Below the pieces are notes generated by a model that worked only from the letters and a program-made list of their open reading frames with translations, was not told the DNA's origin and searched no databases. DNA of 63,102 bases, filler included, from Reticulomyxa filosa (Eukaryota; Protista; Foraminifera), in the NCBI GenBank assembly GCA_000512085.1. It is 21 parts of 21 records of this genome, joined end to end, with 100 filler letters (N's around TTAATTAATTAA, not from the genome) between each part and the next. Parts side by side here need not be neighbours in the genome. Positions count along the whole stretch, not along the records: positions 11,313 to 12,958 come from ASPP01022606.1; positions 13,059 to 14,880 come from ASPP01017782.1; positions 14,981 to 21,570 come from ASPP01025162.1; positions 21,671 to 26,217 come from ASPP01010023.1; 17 more parts are not named here. One strand, written 5' to 3'. The stretch's first letter is position 1; each line of letters begins with the position of its first letter. A program made the translations under genes and the position numbers. Shown in pieces: positions 11,344 through 23,491 of this stretch.

Positions 11344-12894
11344 TACAATCTGAAACCAAACGATTATCGCAAATGCCAACGACGAATTGCGTTGGACAAA
11401 ATAATCTCCGTGTCACTGAGTGAGTCTTCGAATGAGTTTGCCATCCATGTGCCCGAGGAGTATGACTATAGATATCGCTGTGTACGTTCAAATTTTTTTT
11501 TTTTTGGTGGGAACGAGAAAAAAAAACCTGCAATGCATATTATTTTTTTTTTAAAAAAAACACAAACAAACATTAAACACATTAGGAAGACAGAGAGAGA
11601 ATCCTGAACGTATTGTCAGAAGTTTATCAACAAAAACAAGGCAAGAAATTGGGCATCAGCAAAGTCTCTCAAAATGAATTGTTGGAGGTGGTGGTAACGA
11701 AAGACGTTGCAAGACTCCAGGTTAAAAAAAAAATACCAATCCTGAAATCAAGGGGAAGGGAAGAAAAATATGTCACTGCTTCAAAATGTTGTACTACCAA
11801 AAAAAAAAAAAAAAGGGAGAAAAAAAATTATGGAAAATACGTATACTTTTTTTTTTTGTTGTTGTGTGGCCCGGCAAAAAAAGACACGTGAAGAGCGCTT
11901 GAAACGATTTAAAGAATTGTTGGGCAAAGAAAACTTTGAAGAAGAAGTCAACGATGCGAAAGGCGCCAATGTGGCCACGAACATGATGAACAACAAAGAT
12001 AAAGTTGAGTTTTTTAAAAAATTGTTTCACCGTACGTGTGTGTAATACATACTTATAACGTATGTGTAATTGCATTTTATTTTTTTTTAAATAAAATTTT
12101 TCCCCCTTCTCCCCCCCCCTTTGCTGTTCAACGTTCAATTGTGATGTTTGTCCATTTATATGTGTGTCACAATAACATTTGAAAGGTCCAACCAGATGAT
12201 TTCGAATTTTTGAAAGTGATTGGAAGAGGTTCATTCGGAAAAGTAATGCTCGGTATGAAGATGGTTGTGTGTAAAATGAACTGCGCTTTTGTATTTGTAA
12301 TAAAAAAAAAAATGAGAGTAGTGTCATGTGGTACGTCCATGTGGACACACATAGTAATATTGTACACCACACATATCGGGTCATACATACATTATGAAAA
12401 ATGTTATTGGTTTATTTAAAAGTATGACGTACATACCATTTGCATAAAAAAAAAACAAAAAAAAACACGCACACATAGTGAAAAAGAAAGACACCGATGA
12501 TGTATTTGCGATGAAAATTTTGAAGAAGAAAGCGCTGATAGCCAAACAACAAGTCGAGCATACGACAGCAGAACGTAACATTTTGCGATCGATGGACCAT
12601 CCATTTTTGATGCATTTGCGATATGCATTTCAAACGGATGCCAAGCTGTACTTTGTGTTGGATTACTACAAAGGTGGAGAGTTGTTCTTCCATTTGAAAA
12701 CAGTCAAACGCTTTTCCTTGGAGCAAGCCCGTTTCTTTGTTGCTGAGGTTGGCATGGCTTTGGGGCATCTGCATTCTTTTGACATCATTTACAGAGACTT
12801 GAAACCGGAAAACATTTTGTTGGATCAAAGTGGTAACGCTTGTTTGACTGATTTTGGCCTGTCCAAAGAATTGACCGACGGAGAAAAAGCAACA
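11344..12894 (+). CDS. AGC-family Ser/Thr kinase with N-terminal myosin TH1-like (PH-fold) domain; partial, at least 5 exons
   Basis: YNLKPNDYRKCQRRIALDKIISVSLSESSNEFAIHVPEEYDYRY (TH1-like); DDFEFLKVIGRGSFGKV, FAMKIL, HPFL, YRDLKPEN, DFGLSK. Introns 11482-11585, 11721-11883, 12004-12185 and 12253-12478 keep frame. Confidence 0.92.
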
Positions 12895-13082
12895 GTTTGA
12901 TTACACTGCAATATTACTACTAAGAAAATACAAGGGAGAGGGGAAAAAAAAAAAAAAANNNNNNNNNNNNNNNNNNNNNNNNNNNNNNNNNNNNNNNNNN
13001 NNTTAATTAATTAANNNNNNNNNNNNNNNNNNNNNNNNNNNNNNNNNNNNNNNNNNNNAACAAAAAAAAAAAACTTTTGTAG

Positions 13083-14848
13083 GCAGTGACAGTGAAGAGC
13101 ATATAGGCGATCAGTTAACTCCAATATTATTGGCACAAGTGACAGCAGCGGACAGTGTAGAAGAAAACTTTTGTCTGCAGCTTGAAAACACCTCGGTTCG
13201 AGAGGAGGACAGTAAGAGTAACAGCAGTGTCGAAAAGGAAGAAGAAGGAAAAGGAGAAGATCGAATTGAATTTTGTGGAAGAGAAGAAGAAGAGAAGAAC
13301 AGCGATCAACAAGGGTTCACTGACAAGTTTGACAAAAACAAGCACGAGCAGGTCATTTGTCGAGGAAGCATACGTGGCAATTCGGATTTCCACTCATTCT
13401 ATCTCGACCCCTTTCAATCCAACGCACAGAAGCGCTTTCGCAAAACTGTGAGAAACCCACCGTCCAATCGCGTTGTTGTGCCAGCGTCCATACTGCCAAT
13501 TCTTTACAGTCCCAAAGAGGAACAAGTATGTTTGTATGTGAGTCCTTAAAAAAAAAAAAAAAAAAAAAAACAAAACTTACAGATAAAAGCAAACATTAAA
13601 AAAAAAAATATTATATATGTACATATATATGTATATATACATACATATATGTATCGACAAAATAAATAAATGCAAACAAACTAAACCTTCTCACTATACT
13701 CAAAAAAAAAAAAAAGGGGGATTTGGAAGTTGCAGCGTCGTTACAAGAGCGCACCCAAAGTTGCAGCAACTTATTACCGCGATCTAACACTTGTCGCAAA
13801 GTGATCGTCGCGCCGGACTTTTCGACCCAACGAAGTCAGTCGTTCAGCCGCTTGCCCCAGAACTTGCGTAGGGAGAGTCGTGAGAGCAGCAAGAAGCACA
13901 GCAGTTGCGAGTCGAACTACTTGCAAGTTGAAGAGAGCATCGACTGCGAAACAACAGTAGTAGCAGCAGCAGCAGCAGCAGTATTACATAACAGAAGAGC
14001 ACAAAGTCAAAGTCAAAGCAAAAGTCAAAACCAAAGCCAAAGCCAACCACAAGTAGCAGCGTCAACAGCAGAGTCCAAAACCAAAACTAAGTCCAAGTCG
14101 AATTTAAAGAAAAAGTACCGATTACTGTCGCTCTCCAAAACATCTAACAAAGACAAAGTCATTTCAAAAGTCGATTCGATAACTCAATCCGTCTCTCTCT
14201 TGGTTTCGCATACTTTTTCGAAAAGCAAGAAAGTAGAGGACACTCCATATCCCGAGTTTAAATTTTTTTTTTTTTTTTGGGTCCCCTCCCCCCTCTTCCT
14301 CCTTCAATTTCATAGTTTTTTTTTTGTTTTTTTTTCTTTAAAAAAAAAAAGTGATTGTTCATGACCGTTTTGCATAGATCCGTTCAACATCATCGACGAA
14401 AAGTAGCCCCATCAAAAAAAACAGCGAAAGCTTCAGCTCGACTCTTCCAGTGCTACGCTTTCAGTCGAACTCGAGCGAAACCTATTCGTGCTCGGTTGAC
14501 AAGTTAGACGAGGAAAGCGACGAATCAGTGTCGGGCTCGTGCTCAGGTTCGGGCGTATCGATCAAGAAAGAGATCAAACAGTCGTGGTCCCACGTGGACA
14601 AGCGCCGTCGTAAGAAAAGCTTTTGGAACAAAATGGGCTGTTGCTGCGGCTCAGTTCAAAACAGCCCCAAAGGCGTCGAAACCTTCCAAGAGACTCAACA
14701 ACAAGCCCATAAAAAGGAGGCCAAAGTCGTGGTCATCCGCGATCATAAGGATGTGGATTTCGATACCAATGGCCCAAACAATGGAGTGAGTGGCGTGAAA
14801 CAAGTCCACGATCCAAATCAAAATATGACGTTGAATGACAGAAATGGC

Positions 14849-14880
<32 letters not shown>
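13083..14880 (+). CDS. Hypothetical low-complexity Ser/Lys/Gln-rich protein, at least 3 exons, partial
   Basis: ORFs 13130, 13723 and 14450 join via intron 13526-13716 and an intron ending at 14377; contains an MGCCCG cysteine cluster and poly-Asn. Confidence 0.6.
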
Positions 14881-14980
14881 NNNNNNNNNNNNNNNNNNNN
14901 NNNNNNNNNNNNNNNNNNNNNNNNTTAATTAATTAANNNNNNNNNNNNNNNNNNNNNNNNNNNNNNNNNNNNNNNNNNNN

Positions 14981-15028
14981 TCAAAACCAACATCAAAACC
15001 AACATCAAAACCAACATCAAAACCCACA
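14981..15028 (+). repeat. 12-bp tandem repeat TCAAAACCAACA encoding SKPT
   Basis: Three perfect units and one variant, in frame with ORF 15041. Confidence 0.85.
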
Positions 15029-17767
15029 CCAAAATCGATATTGATACAACAAACGCAGACGAGCACAACGACGACCAGTTTGACCGAAGAGTTGCGATGT
15101 AAGATGGGATGGGAGCGAAATGACAACAATGACAACAATGACAACAATGACAACAATGATAGTAATGACGATGAGGATGTGTGTGAAAAGGATGAAGGAC
15201 ATCAACAGCAACACGCGGTGGTTGGACTGCCGATCGATCGTCCGCTGCAGGCGTATTTGAACTGCGAGACGTCGTTTTGCGCGTGGAACGAGGACTTGCG
15301 GTCGGTGAAGGTGCTGTTCGCGAAGAGCGAGCACGTGCGCGGACGTGATCGTCCGTGGCTATTTGGCGTGAGCGCCACAAAGGTGTCGGAGTACACGTGC
15401 ATTCACGAACAAGCGCACGTGTTCCAAGATATTGCTTTCCGTCATTCCGACTATCAAAACGACCAAGACGTTCAATTCTGTCTGCGCATTCAAAATGGAG
15501 AAGAAGAAGAAGAAAGAGATAATCATCCCGTGTTGCATGTAGAATTGGACATGCAGCATGTGGACATTGAAAAGGGGTTTGACAATCTGTTCTTGACATT
15601 TTCACAAGACGAATGGTATGATGACTACGTATACGTTTGGAGTGATAATAATGAAAATGATAACAATGATTTGTTTGGTAATAAGAAGCGATTTTGGTGG
15701 AACACGAAAGCATCGGACAATAGCGTGACAGAGATATGTGTGCGATTTGTGAGTGACGATAGTGTGACAAGAAGTGGAGGATTCGAAGGAGTGTTCCGCA
15801 TTCGCAAAGAGATTGGAAAGATGACAGAGGCAACGCCATGTTGGAATGTGGATGGGTCATATCCTAATGCATGTGGTATTGGTATTCAACATAAGCAGAG
15901 TCAATGTCCTTCTTCATTATTATTATCATCATCATCATTATCATCATCATCATCATCATCATTACCATCATCATCATCATCGTCGTCGTCGTCTTTCGTA
16001 ATAGCACGCACGAATGTGTGACTGAGACATTAGACAACGTATACTGCGAGGTATCTCCATGCGAGTTTGTGAACAACTCACAAATGGCCAACGTGTTGGC
16101 AATGAAGGCAAATCAACACAAAAGCAACAACAATAACAATAACAATAACAAAGATGATAATGATGCAATGCGCTATATTTTGAATGGACGCAGTCGTCGC
16201 GACCCGACATACGCCGATCCTTTTGTGTGGATCGTAAGTACCAACCGCTCGCGCGTGGTCGACTTGGACTGGCTCGACATGCAGCTGCGTGCCGAACTTG
16301 ACACTCTGCTGCGTCCCTTTCCCGACATGCGTCGTCTGGCCGAGAGCGTCGACACTCCTGGCCATCATCACAAGTACAAACATGCCATCGGCGTGCGCAT
16401 GCTTCAGTCGCTGCTGCTCGGCAAACGCTTCACTTTCGTCGCCACTGGCAGCAGCAATACTGCTGGCCATGACAACTATTTCATTAGCTCGTATCCCATT
16501 CAATTGCAGTCTTTCTTCAGACCTCTCTTTGCTCGTCTCGGCGTTCAAGGTGCCGCCTTTCGCGTGCGAAATGCCGCCATTGGGGGACACTTGGGCTCCA
16601 GCAAACTTGGGCCTTGTTTACGTGCAATAGTCGATAGTCATGACGACCATATCGACATGATCTCGTGGGAGTCGACCATGAATGATGGCAGTGGGATTGA
16701 TCCTTTGTATTTGGAAATTTGGCTTCGCAATGCTTTAGCTTCTATTCATTCCAGTTCGAGTTCGAGTTCCCGTGCACGTGCGAATACGCACATGCCTGCA
16801 CGTTTTATGACCTGCGTCACTATGGACGACAAAACATCCACGTACTGCGGCTTTTCGGGACGCTTCATGTTCAACTCGTTCCTTGCACATTACCAGAACA
16901 GCACGGCCATTTTTAATTGGCACAGCAAACATGCCTGCGAGAATCACTATACCGACGCCGAAATGTGCAAGGCGCCGTCCATCAGCTGGCACCCCTACCC
17001 CACATGCATCGGTCATTGCCGATACCATGGCGGTGTTCCTATTGAACCAAACACTCCAGATCTTGCACCAGTACAAGGACGAGCTGCGACGTATACTCGA
17101 GACGACGCAATTTCGCCCCAACCACAAACTGGCATGCTACCTGAGCCGGCTGGAAGGAGAGTTTGACTGGAAACTGCCTGGCTCCAAACTCTGCGGTGGC
17201 ATGTGCGAAGCGGAGCCAATGTGGTGCACGACCACGTTCTGGCCCACTCCAGAGCACAGTCGCATGCATCGCTATATCGATGGAGCCAGTGTGCAAGGAT
17301 TCCACGTGCGCGACATTGTGAAGAAGCCGATGGAGCCACTGATCATGCGGCAAGGCGGACGAAGCGCCAACGACTACAAGCCGCAATTGGTGAGCACGCA
17401 AGTCGGTTCGACAGTCACTATTCACGTCCACGCCAAGAAGAACGCATTGATCGGTATCGTATATGCCATGGGCACTTCCACGTATAGTGGCAGTCATTTT
17501 CGAATGGCCGATTACTTTATCGACGACGTTCAGCAAGAGTGTCTTAACTTTAATCAGAGTCAGGTCCTTGCTAGTCGTAACAACAACAACAACAATAACA
17601 ATCCTCAGCTGCAAGCACTCTATGCTTATGTGTCTGCCGATAAAGATCGCATGACCATTTGCTTCTTGAATGCAACCACTCCGGGAAAACACAAACTGAG
17701 GATTTATCACGCGAGGACTGACTCCAAACATCCCAACTATCTCATTGATACTATTGTTGGAATGTAA
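14981..17767 (+). CDS. Probably extracellular protein: (SKPT)n stalk, CUB-like domain, SGNH hydrolase-like domain; frameshifted, 5' truncated
   Basis: CUB-like VELDMQHVDIEKGFDNL...VRFVSDDSVTRSGGFEG. SGNH blocks GSSNTAGH, RNAAIGG, WESTMND, WHP..(H)RVIAD. Three ORFs join if single bases are restored in homopolymers near 15995 and 17000-17012. Confidence 0.7.
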
Positions 17768-18265
17768 CTTCGTCATCGAGTTTTAATGCTTTAGAAACTC
17801 AATTTTTTTTTTTTTTTAAACTTGTTTGTTGTCCATTGGCTCTCTCTTTTTCCTCAAAAGGGTTGATGGTCCCCCAACAATTCTCTCATTCACGAACATT
17901 ACACACAAGAAAAAGTTTTTTGGTGGTTTTAATTTATTATTATATCCTCTACTTTTTTTTTTTTTTAAAAAAAGTTACCAAAAAAAAAAAGTATTTTTAT
18001 TCTATCCACAACACAAATCAACAAAGAGTGTTTGCAATAATTTTATTTAATCTAAAAAAAAAAGATAAACAAGTTGTAATTTATCGAGTAAACTATTTCT
18101 TGCAATGGCTCTTTTTTTTTTAAAGAATACGTTAAAAAGAAGTACAATTATTTATAAAATAAATGTCAATTGTCGAAATTTTTTTAAAAAAGAAGTGCAT
18201 GACGACAAACAGTACACATACATATTTTAAAATTCAAATGTAATTTGTTTTGGCTCGGAAAAGTT

Positions 18266-19996
18266 TTATTTAGAAGACGGAGCCAACCAATCTCGTGGAC
18301 GAGAATACACTTGTTCTGCAATTGTTTCAAACGGATGAGCGGGACTTCGGCAATACTCCCAGCGAGCGGTGAGGGGCAAAGACAGGAAAATGGACTCCAT
18401 ATTGGGTCGTGGTTTGGAGGTATCTAGCACATTGCCCCTATCATGCATCAATTGAAACTCAACATATCTTCCCCGCCGAAGTTGTTGCCACTCCTTTTCT
18501 TCCGCCGAATATTGCTGAAGCGCGTGTCTTCGTACCAATGGGATATACGCTGCGACGTGCGCACTTGCGCAATTTTTGACAAATTGGACAAGCCTTTCTT
18601 TTTCATCTACGTTATCGTCGTTGCATGTCAAATCGTCAAAATAGATCCCGCCTTTTTTTAAAAATGTATACGTATACCATCAAAAAGTATAAAGCCATTT
18701 CTTTTTTTCTTATGTACATACATAAAAAAAAAAAAAGAGTGTTTTCTGTTTTGTTTTTTTTTAACCAATTCCCCGTGTTTCATTTCGATGTGGAATGAAA
18801 AAATGCTTATCACACCAATCTTTGAAGCGCGGATAATAAGAGGGATGAGTCAACTCGCAGGCCTGTTTAAGTGTGCGATGAAAGTATGCACAATCGTCTT
18901 CGTAAATAATAGCTGGCGATAACTCAGATTCGCCATTAAACCACCATACTTTACAGACAAACTCGCCTGTTGATTTGTCAATGTCACCGAATTCAAAATA
19001 GTTGCAGCAAAAATGCCCACTTGGTGCATGCGGATTCCATGGGTGCAACTCGCTCTTTACTGTTGATACAAAGTATTCGACATTGCCTTTTTCGTCACCT
19101 AGCCTTTTTTCAGACTATGTTATATACGTAATATAGCATATATACATATATGTATACATATATATATATATTTTTTTTTGCAAAACTAATAATTTTTTCA
19201 ATTTTGCGTGCCCCGACGCCATTCTGTCTAGCGAAGAAGCTGGAACAGAGCCACTCTGCACACTTATATTTACTCCCGCTTTTTCGAAGATCTTGCCGTT
19301 GGAAAGTACTTTGATCAATCCTCCCGAGTACGGAGTGACTCGTCCGCTCTTGTCCCTTAACCAAAAATCAGGAATGAAACGTGGAGGCATATCTCCTTCT
19401 GTATAAATTCAGAGTGTTCAATATACTTTACAGATAAGAAGTGACTCTTTTTTTTTTTTTCCAAAAAAAAAACAAAACAAAAGAGAGATAGAGGGAAAAA
19501 AAAAACAAGCCTGTTTGTTGAAATGCCTCTGCCTCTAATTCTTCCACTTCGTAACAAATGTGCTCTTGCGTTGCTCGGATTATCCTTTCCATTTGTGCTT
19601 TGGTGTTATGTTTAATGAGATATTTGCTTTTTGCTTTTTCTGGCTCTTCTTCTTCTTCGTCCTCGTTGTCTTTTGTGAACAGCAACAGTCTTATATTGTG
19701 GAAGTCATCCCAATTTGAGTGCAACGATGTTTCTAAAGGCAATGGATTGACATGGGTTGTCAAACCTTTCTTTTCCGACTCTATAGTCCCTTTTCTTGAC
19801 GGAAGAATGATAAGTACTTTCGACTCAAACGAGAAAGATAGGACTCCGGTTCGTTTGTTGTGTCTTCTGGCTCGTTTTTTCCGGCGCCTGACGACGATGA
19901 TGCTGTGGAAGTTTTCACCAGCGATCCACTAAGCAGAAAACTAACTGAAAAGGCCATATATCGCTTTGACAAGAAATGATAACGATTCCAACGCAT
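18266..19996 (-). CDS. CPOX: Oxygen-dependent coproporphyrinogen III oxidase-like protein (divergent active site), 4 exons
   Basis: [70 protein letters not shown], PRDW. Introns 19399-19510 (GC-AG), 19115-19186 and 18652-about 18764. One frameshift near 19792. Basic N-terminus suggests mitochondrial targeting. Confidence 0.9.
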
Positions 19997-20258
19997 TTTT
20001 AATCATAAAAGGGGGTAAGAAATTTTTTTTTTTTTGGAGAGGAGTCCCTTTTGATTTTTTTTTTGAATGAACTTTTGTGGCATAAAAAGCAAAAATTTGC
20101 ATATAAACAATTAAACTTTGAAATGAATTTGGTTACATTGTATTACATTTTTTGGTGCGTTTTTAGAAAAATACTTTACTCAGTGCAATCTAACCAAGCT
20201 ACTTTTGAATTTCTTATCAAGCAAAGCAAGTGAGTAAAAAGTGGAATTGGTAAGAAAT

Positions 20259-21117
20259 ATGAATCCTTTTTCAATGATCCCCACAAGCATAAGTACAGGA
20301 AAGTGAGCGGAGACCAGTCTTACTTTAAAAAAAAAAAATCCTCGTTTTTGAACTCCATCGATAGAACCCAGCAGTGGCTTGGTTTGAAAAGCAGAGCATT
20401 TTTGAGGCCGGGAACAAGTGCTTATCGGAAAAGAAAATGCTATCTGGAGAAGAAGAAGAAGAAGAAGAAGAAGAAGTGCGTTACCGAGTAATAAGAAGTG
20501 CAGGGGAACAAGCATCGACCACAGTGGTGACAATAAACGCACGAAGTAACCCAGTGATAATAAGAGAAGACAGTGTGTCGCAAGTGATGAGTTATTCGCG
20601 CAGTAGCGCAAAAACGGCGCTACTGGGACGAAGTGAGCAAGATCGAAGACAAGCGATCGAAGATGAATTGACGACGAGGTCATGTTGCGGATGTTGCAAG
20701 TTGCGAAAGGGATTAATCATATTGTCATTGTTTTTATTAGTCCATGGCATATACGATATGTTCGGTACCATTGTCTCGGTATGTGTGGGCATTTTAGCCA
20801 CTCTTTGCAGTTTGCTTGGCTTGGCTGGCGTCATCAAATATCGACGCGAATATTGCATCTTTTTTTTGCGTTTTTTGTATTGCGTGTTGGTACTCAATGC
20901 TCTTGCCGTTGTTTATTACTGCTTTTGGTATGACGAAATGACACTGTGTATCAACCCGTGCGAAAATGATCAACACCAAGATCAAACCTATTGCACCCAT
21001 GCTTGCGATTCTGCCAGGCGCATCACCATCATTGTCGAAATCTTGTTTCTCGTCTTGCAGCTTTGTTGCATTTGGCGCTTGAACCAGTTCATTGGGGCTA
21101 TTCAAAAAGTTGGATAG
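20259..21117 (+). CDS. Four-TM membrane protein (LAPTM/tetraspanin-like topology)
   Basis: SCCGCCKLRKG followed by four hydrophobic segments with a Cys-containing second loop. Start tentative: ATG 20259 needs two homopolymer corrections. Confidence 0.6.
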
Positions 21118-21670
21118 CATTATAGCATCCCTCCTTTGTTCCCCCCCCCCCCCCCTTTTGTTCCCCCTTTTTTTTTTTTTTTAGAACTTTTGAACTTGTG
21201 TTTTATGGCTTATAACCCTCCCCCTTTTTTTTCCCTCAATTTTTTTTTTAGAATTTTAGAGAATTAAGTTTTCTTTTAATTAATGTTTATCTTTCTTTCT
21301 TTTTTGTATGGCTCACTGCACTCTTTTTTTTCTGCTCCTGTAACTTCTCCAGTAAAAAGCTAAATCTTGTTTGTATGGACGAACAAAAAAAAAAGATTAT
21401 GATGTCTCACTATTAAAAAAAAATGCGGAGCGTACATTAAAATAAAGGCAGTGTTATTGGATGAACCAAGAGTAAGCGATCAAATTTCGAAAGAAGAAGA
21501 GTCGATGTTGTATCTTGTTTCAGGTAACACAGATAACCAATAATTTCATTCACTTATCCAAAAAAAAAAANNNNNNNNNNNNNNNNNNNNNNNNNNNNNN
21601 NNNNNNNNNNNNNNTTAATTAATTAANNNNNNNNNNNNNNNNNNNNNNNNNNNNNNNNNNNNNNNNNNNN

Positions 21671-21704
<34 letters not shown>

Positions 21705-21983
21705 GTTGTCATTGTTGTTGTCATTATGTTTCTCAATCTTGTCTTCTTCCAATTGATTTTTCGCTTTCTCATTTTTTAGGTTGTTACTCAAATTTGCTTT
21801 CAGTTTTTTCAATGGTGGTTCCAATTTCTCTTGGTGGCTCGACTTGTTCCATTTTCGTCCGACCACGTTTTCTTTGCCACGTCTCAGGCCCTCGTACCGA
21901 CTTGAATGTCTCTCTGCAAAATCAATCATTACATGACCATCATGGAATTTTCCAATAGTACGCTTCACAGGCCGTCGTGACAT
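21671..21983 (-). CDS. Hypothetical basic / poly-Asn protein, 5' part
   Basis: ATG-initiated ORF running into (AAT)n at the contig end. Confidence 0.45.
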
Positions 21984-23266
21984 CTTCGTCTTGAAAACTA
22001 TGACGCCTTGAGGGAGTATGGAATTTCTCTTTTTTTTTTCCGAAATTTTTTGGTTGCTGTTTACTCAAGAACGTTTTCTTCACTCATGAAAAAATTGTTG
22101 AAGTTTATTAAATAATCTTCTTTTTCTTCAAAATAACATTCATCAAAGGTTATAGAACTCATTTTCAAATAAAAATACTTGTGCTAAATAATCATGATTT
22201 TAACCATTCAGTAAAAATGAAGTTGTTAACTGATGAATTCCACAAAACTATTTAGAAAGAAGCAAATGAAACACTTCAAACAATTGATGATCGCACATCT
22301 TATTTGTTATGGCATTAGTACAAAAAAAGTTATTCACTTTTTTAAAAAAATGAGGATTATCGAAAATTTTTGCATAAAAAATAGAAACTGTCCATTTTTA
22401 AAAATATTGTTCATGGATATTCTATTTCTCTGGACAACTAAAAATATAATGATGGTTTTTAACATTCATAATTGATCCATTGGATATCCAATATATGCAT
22501 GGGGTATTGTAATATCTAGGAACGTAAATCCAGAAAGATTTGGTGATTATCTTCGTAGTTTCGGCACAACAACGGACGGCATCGGATACAGACTTTACAA
22601 TGAGATTTGCATATTTACACATTAAAAACAGCCACTAAGATGTAAATGATAAAAATACGGATTATATAAGAATGTTGTAAACAGCCTGTTTGAACCAAAA
22701 GATAATTTAAGAATAAACTTGAAAAAAAAACAAAAAAGTAAAAAATAAAATAGAATAACAGAACAAAAGAGACGAATCACATACAAAACACCTATTAAAG
22801 AGTTTTAATCACACGTTATTTAAGTAGAAACAGCAAAGGATTGCGTACTTTTAAAAAGGAGAGAAATATAGTTTATTGCCTTTTTTTTTTTCTCACAATA
22901 TTCATGAAAAAATTATTTTGGTTGACATAACAACCCTACGATGGGAAAAAACATTTTGTTGATGGTGCAGACAACAACCAAAAAAAAAGTTACAACTTGT
23001 GATTCATTTGTCATAGATCAATACTGTGGGATCGGCACAACAAAAAAAAATCAGGAATAACATGTGAGATTATTGATTGTCATTGTTTCAAAACAACAGT
23101 GTAAAAAACCATGAAGAAATTCGATTATTTCTTAGTAAGAATCTCCTATCAAAAAAAAAAAAAAAAAAATTGTGATGCAATGGAAGATAGACAAAATCAA
23201 CAAAATACAAATACAAAATGTATAAAGACGTATAAAACGTATATAAGAAGAGTGTAGAGCTGGGCT

Positions 23267-23423
23267 CTAAACTTCAGGCAACGACCACGGACGAAAAGGT
23301 AAATCGGATGCATTTTGATTCAACACAGGAACCCGTATTTGAATGCGTTTACTGCGATCCACAGGGATCTGAACAGCCCGTGATTTATTGAACTTGTTGG
23401 AGTCATTGTTATTATTATCATTG

Positions 23424-23491
<68 letters not shown>

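Noticed and set aside
15904-15995. Poly-Ile/Val signal or TM segment at the start of ORF 15904 (also Ile-rich stretches in ORFs 23320, 52128 and 53079)
   Set aside because: Wrong-frame readings of (TCA)n or (AAT)n repeats that encode poly-Ser or poly-Asn in the true frame.
16078-17776. Long antisense ORFs opposite the SGNH gene (and similar shadow ORFs elsewhere)
   Set aside because: Expected shadow frames of GC-richer coding sequence; no independent motifs.
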